Position numbers and translations under genes: made by a program. The notes beneath the pieces were generated by a model. The model was not told where the DNA came from and did not search any database. It saw nothing but the letters and a program-made list of their open reading frames with translations. This document shows positions 39,904 to 52,446 of a stretch of 64,000 nucleotides of DNA, piece by piece (the stretch's first letter is position 1; each line of letters begins with the position of its first letter). The DNA comes from Oligoflexia bacterium (GTDB lineage: Bacteria > Bdellovibrionota > UBA1018): assembly GCA_963758495.1 (NCBI GenBank), contig CAVWVI010000003.1, positions 1,376,001-1,440,000 on the forward strand, written 5' to 3'.

Positions 39904-39972
39904 ATTGCAAACAGTCCTATCATGACCGAATAAAAGCTCAAGGGGTTCCTTTTTTGGTTTTCTAGCGAAACT

Positions 39973-41583
39973 CTAATACGGTCCCACCACATTGATCACT
40001 CCGGGCGAAGACACATTTAACTCTGACCAAATTACATTTTTATTTTCATCGGTAACTTGAGTCACGACAGGACCTTCTGGAATCTCAACTCCTAAAAATC
40101 GATTTGAGTCCCCTATAAGCGGGGAATTCACATGAAGATCATTTTCTGGTGAAAACGTATAGGTCTCTGGCACTAATGAAGTAGAAGAGGGAATCGATCG
40201 GACACTGGGAATAAAAGGATAACCAGGATGGCTATTCACTAAATGAGGCAACGCAGCAACTACCACTCCACTCGATGAACTCACCCCTCCCTCAAGCTGA
40301 CCTAAATAATCTCGGATCTGCCAAGAAGGAATGCGAAATAGGGAGACCTGATCCATATTTCCTGGAGCCATTCGATAACGATGCGTAAAGCCAGTGCTCC
40401 CTTTATCCGTTTCTATAAAAAATGGATAATCACTGAAAGTCAGTACGTTATCCAGTGCAAAAGCACCTACTGGATCTGTACTCGTAACGGCAGACGCTTG
40501 CCCAATGACTCTCACGATTACATTTTTTAGATAATTTGCCTCTCCAGAGGGTCTGTTATTCACACTCAAGACCTTCCCAGTCAAGCTACTACTAGTAATC
40601 TCAGTCAAATCCAAATAAGTCGCTGTCCCTGCCATAACAGGAAAAGTGACAGCTCCGGTACCATAACCTGTTCTCGAAGTGAGATAAATTAACTGGGCCC
40701 CTGGCGCAGCATTTAACATCACAAAATAGCCACCCATTTTCGAGCTGTAATCAGCTCTTGGAGGATCTTGATTATCCAAAAAAAGAGGATGTTCTGCTCG
40801 CCCTGAAAACTCTACATCCCATCCACTTGGAAATTTTCCAAAAACTATTCCTGTCTGGGATTGGAGAGTCACTCCTGCTAGTCTTGCGAGTGTTAACGCG
40901 GTGTTATTTGAAAGAAGGGGAACTACATCTGACTCGCTGGGCTGCAAATTACTCCAACTCACTGTAGACCAATGAGAGGGGGCAATCGATACTTGCCAGC
41001 CTTTTGAACCTTCTTGAGTAATCCACTCGGCCTTAACATCTTCAATTTTTATATTGGATTGAAAGGCTTCTACAAAGGGAGCTAAAGAGACATTTTCTTG
41101 AGCACTGGTGGGTGTTACTGGATCCTCTGTGGGATTCTGGGGATGCGCGGCTGTCAGAGTTAATGGGGCACTTTCTGGCTGAGTATTCTCTGAAACTTTT
41201 TGAGTTTCCATTGCAAGCACGGCGGGTACAACCGTGATGGGTGCTACTAATCTACGCTGTTGAAATCGAGTAAAAACGGAACGAGGTACACCCGCAAGAA
41301 TAGGGTCTCCCTTTGTGTTAAACTGAGCAACTAAACTCTCGTAACTGATTTGCTGCGGAATCCACCCATATCTAAAATGAGCATCATCTTGAAGCATCGC
41401 AAGATGTTTACCTAAAGACTCAAATTCTTGATTTGCTAAGATATGATGAAGCTCAGTGAGGGTATCATCTGATTGATCAACTACTGTCAAAGTCGGGAGG
41501 GTAACAGCAAATGCCTCTGTTGGTATCATTAAACGTAAAGCAAGTAGCAGATTAAGTAATTGTAATTCTTTCTTTTTGCTCAA
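39973..41583 (-). CDS. hypothetical exported beta-rich protein
   Basis: Signal-like N-terminus (EAFA), carboxypeptidase-regulatory-like segment LTGKV...VRV.G....TDPVGAF. Confidence 0.65.
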   Translation of the reverse strand: MSKKKELQLLNLLLALRLMIPTEAFAVTLPTLTVVDQSDDTLTELHHILANQEFESLGKHLAMLQDDAHFRYGWIPQQISYESLVAQFNTKGDPILAGVPRSVFTRFQQRRLVAPITVVPAVLAMETQKVSENTQPESAPLTLTAAHPQNPTEDPVTPTSAQENVSLAPFVEAFQSNIKIEDVKAEWITQEGSKGWQVSIAPSHWSTVSWSNLQPSESDVVPLLSNNTALTLARLAGVTLQSQTGIVFGKFPSGWDVEFSGRAEHPLFLDNQDPPRADYSSKMGGYFVMLNAAPGAQLIYLTSRTGYGTGAVTFPVMAGTATYLDLTEITSSSLTGKVLSVNNRPSGEANYLKNVIVRVIGQASAVTSTDPVGAFALDNVLTFSDYPFFIETDKGSTGFTHRYRMAPGNMDQVSLFRIPSWQIRDYLGQLEGGVSSSSGVVVAALPHLVNSHPGYPFIPSVRSIPSSTSLVPETYTFSPENDLHVNSPLIGDSNRFLGVEIPEGPVVTQVTDENKNVIWSELNVSSPGVINVVGPY

Positions 41584-41813
41584 GTTAAGACCCTCGTTTC
41601 GATATCTACCTAAAAACTGTTCGGTAGCAAAATTTTTTGTCTTAATTTTTTACATTTATTTCGCAGTGCGTTCATGACTTGATTTAGCTTGAGTCCTTCC
41701 TAGACTTGTCGCGCCTTCTATTATGCTAAGGGCTAACAATTAAAATAACAAGGATTTCTAAGCTGCCTGTGCGGCAGCGAACTAACGTAACTACTTACTT
41801 AAATTCTAGCGGT

Positions 41814-42287
41814 CTAACCCAGTTTTTGATGGAGACAACATCGTTTATATTTTTTTCCGCTACCACAGGGGCAAGGGGCATTCCTAGGCACTTCCTGATT
41901 GACGGAAGCTTGAAATAGAGAGGTAGTGAGTGGAATGACCTTAGGTGGCGAAGGCTCTTGCTGCCTTGGAGGTTCTGCCTTTGTGGATGCAACTTCCACT
42001 TCGACATCTTTTGGTTCTGCTCGAGTCAGTAAAGAAGGCGATACACGCCAGTGATGGCCATCCTCAGCACAAAGGCTTACGCTTTTACGATTTAGTCGAA
42101 GAATGGTGCCAGTAACCTTCTTTCCGAGTTCTGAAGTAAAGCTGACCTTGTCTCCTGGTTGCAAGTCCAACATCTGATGGTGGGCCTTCGCATCTCTGAT
42201 GAATCGGAGCCTTTCAATAACTTTTCTATTCAGTTCGATCAGCTCTTCTTCGGAAAATAACGTGAGATCTATTTTTAGAGTAGACAT
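41814..42287 (-). CDS. SEC-C zinc-motif protein with SH3/KOW-like domain
   Basis: PRNAPCPCGSGKKYKRCC; LQPGDKVSF...WRVSPSLL. Confidence 0.85.
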   Translation of the reverse strand: MSTLKIDLTLFSEEELIELNRKVIERLRFIRDAKAHHQMLDLQPGDKVSFTSELGKKVTGTILRLNRKSVSLCAEDGHHWRVSPSLLTRAEPKDVEVEVASTKAEPPRQQEPSPPKVIPLTTSLFQASVNQEVPRNAPCPCGSGKKYKRCCLHQKLG

Positions 42288-42478
42288 GCCCTAGTATATT
42301 CAAGACAACGACGCTGGGATCAAGAGCAAAAGAGCGATGAAGCCATTTGAGTAAAACTCTGACATCTCTTTGCGACTGTACGAATCATGCTTATCAAAAT
42401 AGTATATCCAAAAACCAGGTAACATCCCGGCTCGGCTTATTTGTCTACAGGCACACTCCATGACCTCCCGGAGGATTT

Positions 42479-42820
42479 TCAGGCCAATTTCTTTAGTCTC
42501 TTTTCAATGAATTGATTTAAACTCTCTCCCTCGGCATTGGCGCAAATAGCTAAATTACGATGCAGAAAAGGGTCAATCCGCAGAGGGATCTTTCCAGAGA
42601 ACTTCTTTGAAGCAAGTGCTGGCGGAAGGGGTTTGCCTTCAGAGTCTAAAGACTCAAGGTACACATCAATTGCCTCATGAGCGTTTGCGGCAGCTTCTTC
42701 AATAGAAATCCCATCAGTGACACAACCAGGAAGCTCTGGGACTCTAGCTACATAGCATTTATCTTCATCACTCCATGAGATATCAATTTTATACTTAATA
42801 GGCGCTTTCTTGTGCTTCAT
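42479..42820 (-). CDS. hicB: HicB family antitoxin
   Basis: YVARVPELPGCVTDG, FSGKIPLRIDP.LH, SLNQ. ATG 42820 has a GGAGG RBS. Confidence 0.92.
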   Translation of the reverse strand: MKHKKAPIKYKIDISWSDEDKCYVARVPELPGCVTDGISIEEAAANAHEAIDVYLESLDSEGKPLPPALASKKFSGKIPLRIDPFLHRNLAICANAEGESLNQFIEKRLKKLA

Positions 42821-42830
42821 ATGCCCTCCA

Positions 42831-43049
42831 TTAGGGTAATAATACCTTCTGAACATCTTTAATTTGATAAGGCTTGAGTTGGACACGTCCCGCAATTACA
42901 ATGAGCATTTGAGTCCCATTACTCCACACCTGATGGCTCCCATTCTGACGAAGGGAATACCAACCCAAGCGGCCGAGTAGTGTGATCAGCTCATTTCCGT
43001 CAATTGTACCATTGCTTAGCTTAGCAAGAAGCTTATCGGTTTTGCTCAC
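42831..43049 (-). CDS. hicA: HicA family toxin
   Basis: LLGRLGW...RQNGSHQVW, LKPYQIK; upstream of hicB. Confidence 0.88.
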   Translation of the reverse strand: MSKTDKLLAKLSNGTIDGNELITLLGRLGWYSLRQNGSHQVWSNGTQMLIVIAGRVQLKPYQIKDVQKVLLP

Positions 43050-43051
43050 AA

Positions 43052-43080
43052 AATGATGATATCAAAACGATATCATCATT
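43052..43080. promoter_or_regulatory. putative hicAB operator
   Basis: Perfect inverted repeat AATGATGATATC-N5-GATATCATCATT immediately upstream of hicA. Confidence 0.7.
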
Positions 43081-43300
43081 ACAAGCGTACTTTCAAGGGA
43101 AAATTAAGTGTCCCTCTTTTTCACATCAAGATGAATGCAAATGTGGAGCTAAGGAAAGATTGCTATGAGGAAACTAAGCAAACTCCTGTTATTCCCACAG
43201 GATATTCAAAAAACGCTCTGCGTTTTCTTCGATTTCCTGTTGAAATAACAAGATTTTACCTTGCACTTTCATTTAGAAGGGAGGAACAAGGACAGGAACT

Positions 43301-43720
43301 TCACTCCCGCCCAGCAATCTGCTGTCGAATAATGGATCTCTGCAATTTGAGCTGATACTCTTTAAAGTGATGCTCGTCCAGCTCAGCATTTTTCAAAGTT
43401 TCTTCAGCCAATTGCTGAGCTTTACGAGCGCGATCTACGTCGATTTCACTCTTGAGTTCAAGCGTTTCCGCTAAAACATTCAGTTCATTGTTCTTCATCT
43501 CAAAAAAGCCCGCTGAAATAACTCCTTCAACTACTGGCTTTCCAACTGAGTGATATCTGAATAAACCTGTTTGAAGCGAACCCACCATAGGAGCGTGATC
43601 AGGCAAAATTTCAATTTGTCCTTCGCTCCCTGGTAGAGTGACTTCCTCTACTTGAACTCCTTCAACTAAACGTCTTTCCGGAGAAAGAATACTGAGTTTA
43701 AAACCAGAACCCATGGTCAC
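43301..43720 (-). CDS. atpC: ATP synthase epsilon subunit
   Basis: SPER, LPGSEG.I.ILPDHAP; follows atpD. Confidence 0.95.
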   Translation of the reverse strand: MTMGSGFKLSILSPERRLVEGVQVEEVTLPGSEGQIEILPDHAPMVGSLQTGLFRYHSVGKPVVEGVISAGFFEMKNNELNVLAETLELKSEIDVDRARKAQQLAEETLKNAELDEHHFKEYQLKLQRSIIRQQIAGRE

Positions 43721-43734
43721 TTCTCCTCGTCAGA

Positions 43735-45183
<1,449 letters not shown>

Positions 45184-46116
45184 TTAACCTTTTTGGGATT
45201 CGCTACCTGAAATGATTTCTAAGAGCTCCTTCGTAATACCAGCCTGTCGCTGCTTATTGTACTGAAGGGTAAGTTTACGAATCATCTCACCTGCATTTTT
45301 AGTAGCATTTTCCATTGCCGACATTCGAGCGCCATGCTCTCCTGCCTGCGATTCTAATAAAATTCTAAAACATTGAATTGCAAAATTCTTCTCTAAGAGC
45401 TGTTTCAAAACTTCTTCTTTACTTGGCTTTACAATATAATCTGGCTGATCATTTGAACCAGAAATCTCTTCTTTTGTACCTTGTGGTGTACCTTGTGGTT
45501 TACCTTCGTTAGGAATACAGCTCAAAGGTAAAAAGGGCTCAACAACTACATTTTGAGTCGCTGCGTTTTTAAACTCATTATAGATCAGCTTAATCTCATC
45601 AAACTCGCCTTTGAGATAACGATCCACCAAAGCATCTGCTAAAAACTTGGCTTTTGAGAATTCAACTTTTCCGCTCGCCTCTTGATAATACGCAGCTATT
45701 TTCATCTTTCTATTTTTAAAGAAATCATGACCTCTGCGTCCAACAAAAGCTAATTCCACGGAAGTAGCTTCATTAGCGTTTGCTTGAATCCACTTCAAGC
45801 AGCTTTTAATCACGCTACTATTAAAACCACCACAAAGTCCTCTATCGGAACTCACAACTACGAGAAGAACTTTTTTAGTGTTTGAAGCGTCAGTCGCTTT
45901 TTCCCTTTTCATCAAGGGAAACTGATCTGACAACTCAATCACAGAAGAAAGTTTGCCAATCAACTCCAATATGCGCTTAGCGTAGGGACGTTGATTTTGA
46001 ATGGCTTCTTGGGCTCTCCGAAGTTTTGCCGCAGAAACCATTTTCATTGCGCGAGTTGTTTGCTGTGTATTCTTCACAGTTGCAATACGCTTTTTGAGAT
46101 CTTTGGTACTCGCCAT
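45184..46116 (-). CDS. atpG: ATP synthase gamma subunit
   Basis: AMKMVSAAK, SDRGLCG, RQAGITKEL. Confidence 0.98.
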   Translation of the reverse strand: MASTKDLKKRIATVKNTQQTTRAMKMVSAAKLRRAQEAIQNQRPYAKRILELIGKLSSVIELSDQFPLMKREKATDASNTKKVLLVVVSSDRGLCGGFNSSVIKSCLKWIQANANEATSVELAFVGRRGHDFFKNRKMKIAAYYQEASGKVEFSKAKFLADALVDRYLKGEFDEIKLIYNEFKNAATQNVVVEPFLPLSCIPNEGKPQGTPQGTKEEISGSNDQPDYIVKPSKEEVLKQLLEKNFAIQCFRILLESQAGEHGARMSAMENATKNAGEMIRKLTLQYNKQRQAGITKELLEIISGSESQKG

Positions 46117-46137
46117 GGATTCGCCTATTCCGTTTCC

Positions 46138-47649
46138 TTACGCTACAAATATACCGTCAAATTCCTTCAAAGCCTGTTGAATCTTAGCTTTCAACACATC
46201 TTCAATTTTTCCAGAGCTCACAATATCCTTAAATATTTCCGGATATTTCTTATCGATGAAAGAAGCAAGCTGTTGTTCATATTCATGCAACTTCTCAAGA
46301 GGATATTTATCCAAATAACCCTGAGTTCCTGCAAAAATAATAACCACCTGACGCTCAACTGGCATCGGAGAGTATTGTCCTTGTTTCAAGATCTCAGTCA
46401 AACGCTGTCCTCGCGCCAACTGCTTCTGAGTAGCTGGATCAAGATCGCTCCCAAATTGAGCAAATGCCGCTTTTTCTCGAAACTGAGCCAAATCAAGACG
46501 CAGAGTGCCTGCTACCTGTCTCATCGCTTTAATCTGTGCACTGCCTCCCACACGAGAAACTGATAAACCCACGTTAACAGCAGGTCGTACACCAGAGTAA
46601 AACAAGTCTGTTTCTAAGAAGATTTGACCATCGGTGATTGAAATCACGTTGGTTGGAATATAAGCAGAGACGTCACCCGCTTGAGTCTCAATAATAGGGA
46701 GAGCAGTGAGTGAACCTCCGCCCAATTTATCTGATAATTTCGCAGCACGTTCTAATAAACGAGAATGCAAATAGAATACGTCGCCCGGATAAGCCTCACG
46801 TCCTGGAGGACGACGAAGCAAGAGGGAAAGCTGTCTGTAAGCTTGAGCTTGTTTAGTCAAGTCATCGTAAACAATGAGAGCATGTTTGCCGTTATCTCGG
46901 AACCACTCACCCATAGTCACGCCTGTGTAAGCCGCTAAAAATTGAAGGGGAGCTTGCTCTGCTGCCGTCGCAGCCACAACGATCGTATGTTCTAAAGCAC
47001 CGTTTGCCCGAAGTTTGTCAACCACTTGGGCAACCGTAGATTGCTTCTGCCCAATAGCTACGTAAATACAAAATACGCCTCTGCCCTTTTGATTAATAAT
47101 GGTGTCTAGAGCAACAGCCGTTTTGCCAGTTTGACGGTCACCAATAATCAATTCTCTTTGTCCTCGACCGATAGGAATCATGGAGTCGATTGCTTTTAAA
47201 CCGGTCTGAAGTGGTTCCTTGACAGACTGTCTTTCAACAATCCCAGGTGCCTTAATTTCAACTTTACGAAATTCTTTTGCGTTGAGATCACCCTTGCCAT
47301 CGATAGGTAAGCCCATCGCATTCACTACACGGCCAAGAAGGGCTTCACCGACAGGAACCTGAACGATCTTATTTGTACGCTTAACTGTGGAGCCTTCCTT
47401 GATGAGTGTGTCATCTCCTAGGATTGCAATACCCACACTCTCCTCTTCCAAATTCAAAATCATTCCGCTCACGCCGCCACCGAAGTCTACAAGCTCTCCT
47501 GCCATTGCCTTTTCGAGGCCATAACATTTAGCGACTCCGTCTCCAACGGAAACCACAGTGCCGGTCTCAGAGACATCCAGTCTCTTTTCAAAATTCGACA
47601 ACTGTGTTTTCAAAATCTGTGTAATTTCTTCAGGGCGAATTTTCTGCAT
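46138..47649 (-). CDS. atpA: ATP synthase alpha subunit
   Basis: [30 protein letters not shown]. Confidence 0.99.
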   Translation of the reverse strand: MQKIRPEEITQILKTQLSNFEKRLDVSETGTVVSVGDGVAKCYGLEKAMAGELVDFGGGVSGMILNLEEESVGIAILGDDTLIKEGSTVKRTNKIVQVPVGEALLGRVVNAMGLPIDGKGDLNAKEFRKVEIKAPGIVERQSVKEPLQTGLKAIDSMIPIGRGQRELIIGDRQTGKTAVALDTIINQKGRGVFCIYVAIGQKQSTVAQVVDKLRANGALEHTIVVAATAAEQAPLQFLAAYTGVTMGEWFRDNGKHALIVYDDLTKQAQAYRQLSLLLRRPPGREAYPGDVFYLHSRLLERAAKLSDKLGGGSLTALPIIETQAGDVSAYIPTNVISITDGQIFLETDLFYSGVRPAVNVGLSVSRVGGSAQIKAMRQVAGTLRLDLAQFREKAAFAQFGSDLDPATQKQLARGQRLTEILKQGQYSPMPVERQVVIIFAGTQGYLDKYPLEKLHEYEQQLASFIDKKYPEIFKDIVSSGKIEDVLKAKIQQALKEFDGIFVA

Positions 47650-47681
47650 ACTTTCCTCGAAACAAATTATCTCGTGATCTA

Positions 47682-48242
47682 CTAATGAGCGCCGGGTAAT
47701 CCAGCGACAAAACTATCACGGAGTTTTAGAAGTTGAGAACGAAGCGTACCATCATAAGTAACTCCATTCACGGTGACTTTCATTCCTGCCAAAAGCGAAG
47801 GATCAGTGGAAACTCGGAAAGTCACCTTTTTTCCAAATTTATGACTAAATACCTTCACCAAAGTACCAATATCTACATCACTCATTGGCTCAGCAGCAAC
47901 CAGTTTACCTGCTACACCACCATCCAATGTGAGACGAATAGAACCAAATGAATCTTTTATCCGACTTAAAATTGAGAGCCGTTTCTTTTTTGTCAAAAGT
48001 ACTAAAAATTCGCTCAAAAGCTGAGATAATTCGAGCTTTTTTGCAAATTCTTGAATGACTTCAATTTTCTCACGTGCAGTTGTCAAAGGACCATAAAGGG
48101 CTACTTGAGCATCTTTAGAGTTTTCCATCATGGATTGAAATAAATCCATTTGCGCTTCAATTTGCTGAGTGTCCTCTGCAGACAACCCTCTCTCCTGAAC
48201 TGCCTCATATAATGCTTTTGCGTAGGAATTTGCTACACTCAT
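47682..48242 (-). CDS. atpH: ATP synthase delta subunit
   Basis: YAKALY, DPSLLAG...YDGTLR. Confidence 0.93.
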   Translation of the reverse strand: MSVANSYAKALYEAVQERGLSAEDTQQIEAQMDLFQSMMENSKDAQVALYGPLTTAREKIEVIQEFAKKLELSQLLSEFLVLLTKKKRLSILSRIKDSFGSIRLTLDGGVAGKLVAAEPMSDVDIGTLVKVFSHKFGKKVTFRVSTDPSLLAGMKVTVNGVTYDGTLRSQLLKLRDSFVAGLPGAH

Positions 48243-48715
48243 TGCACAATCTCCATCTGCTGAGAAAACTCTTGGCGAATTCGAGCTTGATCATCACCGG
48301 TGAGTCGCTTTTTCAGCAAACATTCTGCTCGCTCTAAAACTTGCGCACTCCACTCTGAATAGAGTTGCCCTTTAAACTCAATAAATAATCCATCTGCTGC
48401 ATTTTTCGCATCGACTGCTGCCATTGCGGCAATTCGACGAGCTTCATTCACAATTCGTTGTTTCATAGCAACAGTATCTTGTTTTGTTTGCTCTCTTAAT
48501 GCGGAAACCTCTACGTCAATTGCTTTAAGCTTTGCGGAAAATTCATCATATTTTTCTTGAGCCTGATGAAGTTGTTCGCGCACTCTTTGAAGTTCGTCAC
48601 GAATTGAATGATGTCGCTGAGAAACGAAATGGATCACAGGCTGCCGAAGCTTGTAGACCATGAAACCGACCAGAATCAAAAAATTTATACTTGAAGTAAT
48701 TATCGGATCCATCAC
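48239..48715 (-). CDS. atpF: ATP synthase F0 subunit b
   Basis: INFLIL TM followed by coiled coil; operon position. Confidence 0.88.
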   Translation of the reverse strand: MMDPIITSSINFLILVGFMVYKLRQPVIHFVSQRHHSIRDELQRVREQLHQAQEKYDEFSAKLKAIDVEVSALREQTKQDTVAMKQRIVNEARRIAAMAAVDAKNAADGLFIEFKGQLYSEWSAQVLERAECLLKKRLTGDDQARIRQEFSQQMEIVQ

Positions 48716-49155
48716 TCTTTCCTTAAAAGTAACTTATCAGAAATATTTTGAGCTATCACTTCAACGTCAGCTTCTAATTGTTTTTTCAATAACTCGCGTT
48801 GACGATTTACAGAATCAGCCGCATTCTGCGTAATGATTTTGGCTTCCTCTCGAGCATGACCTAACAACTCGGACTCTTGTTTTCTAGCTTCAGCAAGAGC
48901 TAAATCATATGCCTTTTTAGCAGCCAACCGTTCGTCTGCAAGCAAACGTCTATATTCATCCAATTTCGCATTTGCCTGAGACATGAGTCGCTCTGCAGCT
49001 TCTTTATCTTCAACCGTTCTCTTATGCCGAGACTCAAATAGTTTAAGAAAGGGTCGAAAATAGAGGCGAGACAGCATTACAAACACGAATGCAATGAGTC
49101 CAAGCTCGAGAAAAAATGAATTGTCTAAACCAAGCTGGTCAAGAAGTGCGTTCAC
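48712..49155 (-). CDS. ATP synthase F0 subunit b'
   Basis: TM followed by FRP...R and coiled coil; second b-type gene. Confidence 0.85.
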   Translation of the reverse strand: MNALLDQLGLDNSFFLELGLIAFVFVMLSRLYFRPFLKLFESRHKRTVEDKEAAERLMSQANAKLDEYRRLLADERLAAKKAYDLALAEARKQESELLGHAREEAKIITQNAADSVNRQRELLKKQLEADVEVIAQNISDKLLLRKE

Positions 49156-49319
49156 ATCACGCTCCAGGCAATCAAGGCCATATTGTTTCGGAAACTAAAT
49201 TGCTGGCTAACACACAGCTCAAGCGGTGGTCAAGACAACATTTTATTAATTTACAAGACAGCTACCATTTTATGACAAAAAGCTCAAGACAAGAACTGAA
49301 CTACTATGCACTTCGTCTG

Positions 49320-49718
49320 TTAGGCATCACTTAATACTGACGCCTCTGGAGATATGGGTTGATGAGCCATTTTACTGCTCCCCTCAAAAATAACCCCTTC
49401 GTCTACACTTAAACTAGGAGTAAGAATGTCACCTCGAAAAACTGCCGGGCGGTGTATTTCAACGCGGTGCTTGGCTCGCAAGCTGCCGTTGACTTCACCA
49501 CTAATAATAATAACTCCTGCGTCAATTTGAGCATCCACTCGCGCCCCTTCTCCAATAATCAATGTATCAGGAGTATAAATTTCGCCTCTAAAAGTGCCGC
49601 CGATTCGAACCGTTCCATGGAAGCAAAGTTTTCCCTCAAACTCACAACCCTGATCAATCACAGCCGTTATAGCGCCATGCGTTAAAGGTACACTTAAGTC
49701 TTTTGATCTATTTATCAT
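49320..49718 (-). CDS. bactofilin (polymer-forming cytoskeletal protein)
   Basis: VIDQGCEFEGKL...VRIGG.F.GEI...IGEGA.V...G.V.G...FEG beta-helix. Confidence 0.93.
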   Translation of the reverse strand: MINRSKDLSVPLTHGAITAVIDQGCEFEGKLCFHGTVRIGGTFRGEIYTPDTLIIGEGARVDAQIDAGVIIISGEVNGSLRAKHRVEIHRPAVFRGDILTPSLSVDEGVIFEGSSKMAHQPISPEASVLSDA

Positions 49719-50674
49719 TTCTTAATTTGCATCCCTTCCAAAATCCGATCTAACTCTTGACGAGAAGCATAGTGCAGCACGATTTTACCACGCCGCTCTG
49801 AACCTTTAATTTCAACTTTAGTTGACCAAAATCTAGCCAACTCCTGAGAAAGGTTCGTGATCCTCTGAGCAAAAGCAGTCTTAGGATGAGGAGAGATCTC
49901 TTCTGTTCCTTTTTGATCTTTTGATGCTTTTTTCATAGCATCCACTAGAGCCTCAGTCTCTCTGACACTCAATTGCTCTTTAATCACCTGAGTACGCGCT
50001 CGAATACGCAGATCTGCTTCTTCTAATCCCAAAAGAGCTTTTCCATGACCAAATGTGAGAATCTGATTTTTTAGATCATCTATAATGACTTCTGGCAAAC
50101 GCAATAGACGAAGGTAATTAGCCACCGTTGCCCGTTCTTTGCCCACTCGATCTGCAACCTCTTCTTGGGTCAGAGAAAAGTCCTGAATGAGCTGAAAATA
50201 AGCTAATGCTTCATCTACACAATTAAGGTCTTGTCTTTGTATATTTTCAATAAGTGCAAGTTCAAGGGTTTCACGATCCGTAGAGCGACGAATAACGATG
50301 GGCACTTGTTTAAGTCCAGCCATTTTGGCGGCCCTTAAACGCCTTTCTCCTGCAATGAGTTCAAGACCGTCTTTTTCAGTTTTGCGTACAACGAGAGGTT
50401 GAATGATTCCACTGGTTCGGATGGATTGCGCAAGTTCTTTTAAATGAACTTCATTAAATTCTCTTCTGGGCTGAAAGTGATTTACTTGAATGTCGTCCAC
50501 TGATGCCATGCTGATTCCCATGTGTCGATCCCGATTGGAACTTTCAGATGGGGTAGACTTCAGTGCTGAGGAGGGAGTAGGACCAAATGCAGATCCCCCC
50601 GCCGCGAGGTGCGGTGATTGTGCATTAGGTAGCAATGAGGCTAAACCTTTACCAAGAACAGTTTTTTGTGCCAT
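49715..50674 (-). CDS. parB: chromosome partitioning protein ParB
   Basis: LGKGLASL, GIIQP, IAGERRLRA, ENIQRQDL, HTH. Confidence 0.97.
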   Translation of the reverse strand: MAQKTVLGKGLASLLPNAQSPHLAAGGSAFGPTPSSALKSTPSESSNRDRHMGISMASVDDIQVNHFQPRREFNEVHLKELAQSIRTSGIIQPLVVRKTEKDGLELIAGERRLRAAKMAGLKQVPIVIRRSTDRETLELALIENIQRQDLNCVDEALAYFQLIQDFSLTQEEVADRVGKERATVANYLRLLRLPEVIIDDLKNQILTFGHGKALLGLEEADLRIRARTQVIKEQLSVRETEALVDAMKKASKDQKGTEEISPHPKTAFAQRITNLSQELARFWSTKVEIKGSERRGKIVLHYASRQELDRILEGMQIKK

Positions 50675-50697
50675 GCGTTAACAATCTCCAAAATAGG

Positions 50698-51564
50698 TTA
50701 AGAACTACTGACTAGAGTATCATTATGATGAGTGGACCTTAAATCAGACTTACTTTGATTGTGAGTGAGCTGAGACTGCGCTAAACCCACCTGATTTTGA
50801 TTTTGTGCAAGTACTTCTTTTGCAAGATTCAAATAAGCTAAGCAGCCCTTTGAATCGATGTCATAAAGTACAATCGGCTTCCCAAAACTGGAGCACTCAC
50901 TCAGACGGACATTTCTAGGAACAACGGTGGTAAAAACCTTATCCTTAAAATGAGAGCGGACTTCTTTGACGACCTCATTTGCTAAGTTGTTACGACCATC
51001 GTACATCGTCAAAACGATCCCCTCTTGTGTGAGGTTCGCATTTAAATTTTGCTTGACCAACGATACGGTGTGCAAAAGTTGAGTCAGCCCTTCAAGAGCA
51101 AAATACTCACATTGCATAGGAACTAAGAATGAATCTGCTGCGGTCAGGGCGTTGATTGTAAGCAGACCCAAAGAAGGTGGGCAGTCAATCAGAATAAAAT
51201 CGAACTGATTTTTAATCTCAGCAATGGCCGCTTTCAACTTGCCTTCACGTGCAAATGCACCTACCAATTCGATTTCAGCACCCGCCAAGTCACCATTTGC
51301 AGGAGCGAGAAATAAACAGTCCATTTCCGTAGGCCGGATTACTTTGGAAAGCACAGTTTCAGCAATCAAAGCATGATAAATAGTGTCACCGTCTCCTATT
51401 GCTGCGCGATCAATCCCAAAAGCAGAACTTGCGTTGCCTTGAGGATCAAAGTCTACGACCAAAGTTCTTTTTTCAGCAATAGCCAAGGAAGCTGCTAGAT
51501 TGACAGTAGTAGTAGTCTTTCCCACACCTCCCTTTTGATTTGCGATCGCAATCACTTTGCCCAT
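50698..51564 (-). CDS. parA: chromosome partitioning ATPase ParA/Soj
   Basis: NQKGGVGKTT, DPQGNAS, DCPPSLG. Confidence 0.97.
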   Translation of the reverse strand: MGKVIAIANQKGGVGKTTTTVNLAASLAIAEKRTLVVDFDPQGNASSAFGIDRAAIGDGDTIYHALIAETVLSKVIRPTEMDCLFLAPANGDLAGAEIELVGAFAREGKLKAAIAEIKNQFDFILIDCPPSLGLLTINALTAADSFLVPMQCEYFALEGLTQLLHTVSLVKQNLNANLTQEGIVLTMYDGRNNLANEVVKEVRSHFKDKVFTTVVPRNVRLSECSSFGKPIVLYDIDSKGCLAYLNLAKEVLAQNQNQVGLAQSQLTHNQSKSDLRSTHHNDTLVSSS

Positions 51565-51771
51565 CGATACTCCTTAAAAATGCTAATCTAGAGGCGCTTA
51601 TTAACGCCCCTAGATAAGTATGGTTGTGGTTGGTGTGGATAATCAAACTTTTTGGACCGCCAGAGCGGTTACCTCCACTCAAGGCTAGCCGCGAATAATC
51701 GTGTTAGCAAGTGGTTTCTTCAAGAATTTTCAGGGTTAATCCGAAACTCAAACCTTTAAATAAAACTAGAC

Positions 51772-51787
51772 TGTTCCACGTGGAACA
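51772..51787. promoter_or_regulatory. parS site (perfect)
   Basis: TGTTCCACGTGGAACA matches the TGTTNCACGTGNAACA consensus and lies next to parAB. Confidence 0.92.
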
Positions 51788-51801
51788 GGAGCGCATACTC
51801 A

Positions 51802-52446
51802 TTAGGTGTTTTTTAAAATCCGTCGTAACTGAACAATGCAGCGTTTTTTCTGCTCAGGCCCTACCGTATAAAAATGTTCCGCCTCAAGAATCAGTTCTTT
51901 TCGAAATCGGGTCTGCTGAAAAGCTTTCCACTCTTCCTCCCAGCTCGGACCTTTAAATAAAACTAGACTGTTCCACGTAGAACATTTTTGAATCCAACTG
52001 TAGATTCGCTCCACCGGACCTACTGCTCTCGCCATGATGGATTGAACAGAATGCATTTTTAAGTAGGCTTCTGCTCGAATTGGCGCAACCTTGACGTGAG
52101 ATTTCAACCCCAAAAGATCCAATGCTCGTTCAAGATACTCAGCTTTTCTCTTCTCTGATTCTGCCAGTACCCACTCATCTCCTCGAACCAAGGCTGCAAG
52201 TATACCTGGAATCCCGACTCCAGAGCCTAAATCGAGCGCAGGGTATTTTACTTGGTTTATTTTTAAAAGCTCTAAAACATCCACAACATTTCCATAGTAG
52301 AAATCTAAGGGAGAAGTGAGTCGAGTTAGATTTTGAAGTTCATTCTCTCTTAGGATGATTTCATAGAATGAAAGGATTCGTCCAATGACTTCATCTGTAA
52401 GTCCGTAAGCATCCCTTAATAAGTATTGTTTTAATTCTTCAGACAT
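51802..52446 (-). CDS. rsmG: 16S rRNA m7G527 methyltransferase
   Basis: NLTR, LDLGSGVGIPG, RAE, ARAV, KG; between mnmG and parA. Confidence 0.95.
   Translation of the reverse strand: MSEELKQYLLRDAYGLTDEVIGRILSFYEIILRENELQNLTRLTSPLDFYYGNVVDVLELLKINQVKYPALDLGSGVGIPGILAALVRGDEWVLAESEKRKAEYLERALDLLGLKSHVKVAPIRAEAYLKMHSVQSIMARAVGPVERIYSWIQKCSTWNSLVLFKGPSWEEEWKAFQQTRFRKELILEAEHFYTVGPEQKKRCIVQLRRILKNT
51969..51984. promoter_or_regulatory. parS site (1 mismatch) inside rsmG
   Basis: TGTTCCACGTAGAACA. Confidence 0.8.

Noticed and set aside
45991..46563. 190-aa plus-strand ORF and many other short overlapping ORFs
   Set aside because: They are antisense or out-of-frame shadows of well-supported genes, with no motifs.
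51565..51800. Possible oriC between rsmG and parA
   Set aside because: Only one perfect DnaA box (TGTGGATAA, 51634-51642) was seen, with no box cluster or clear unwinding element.
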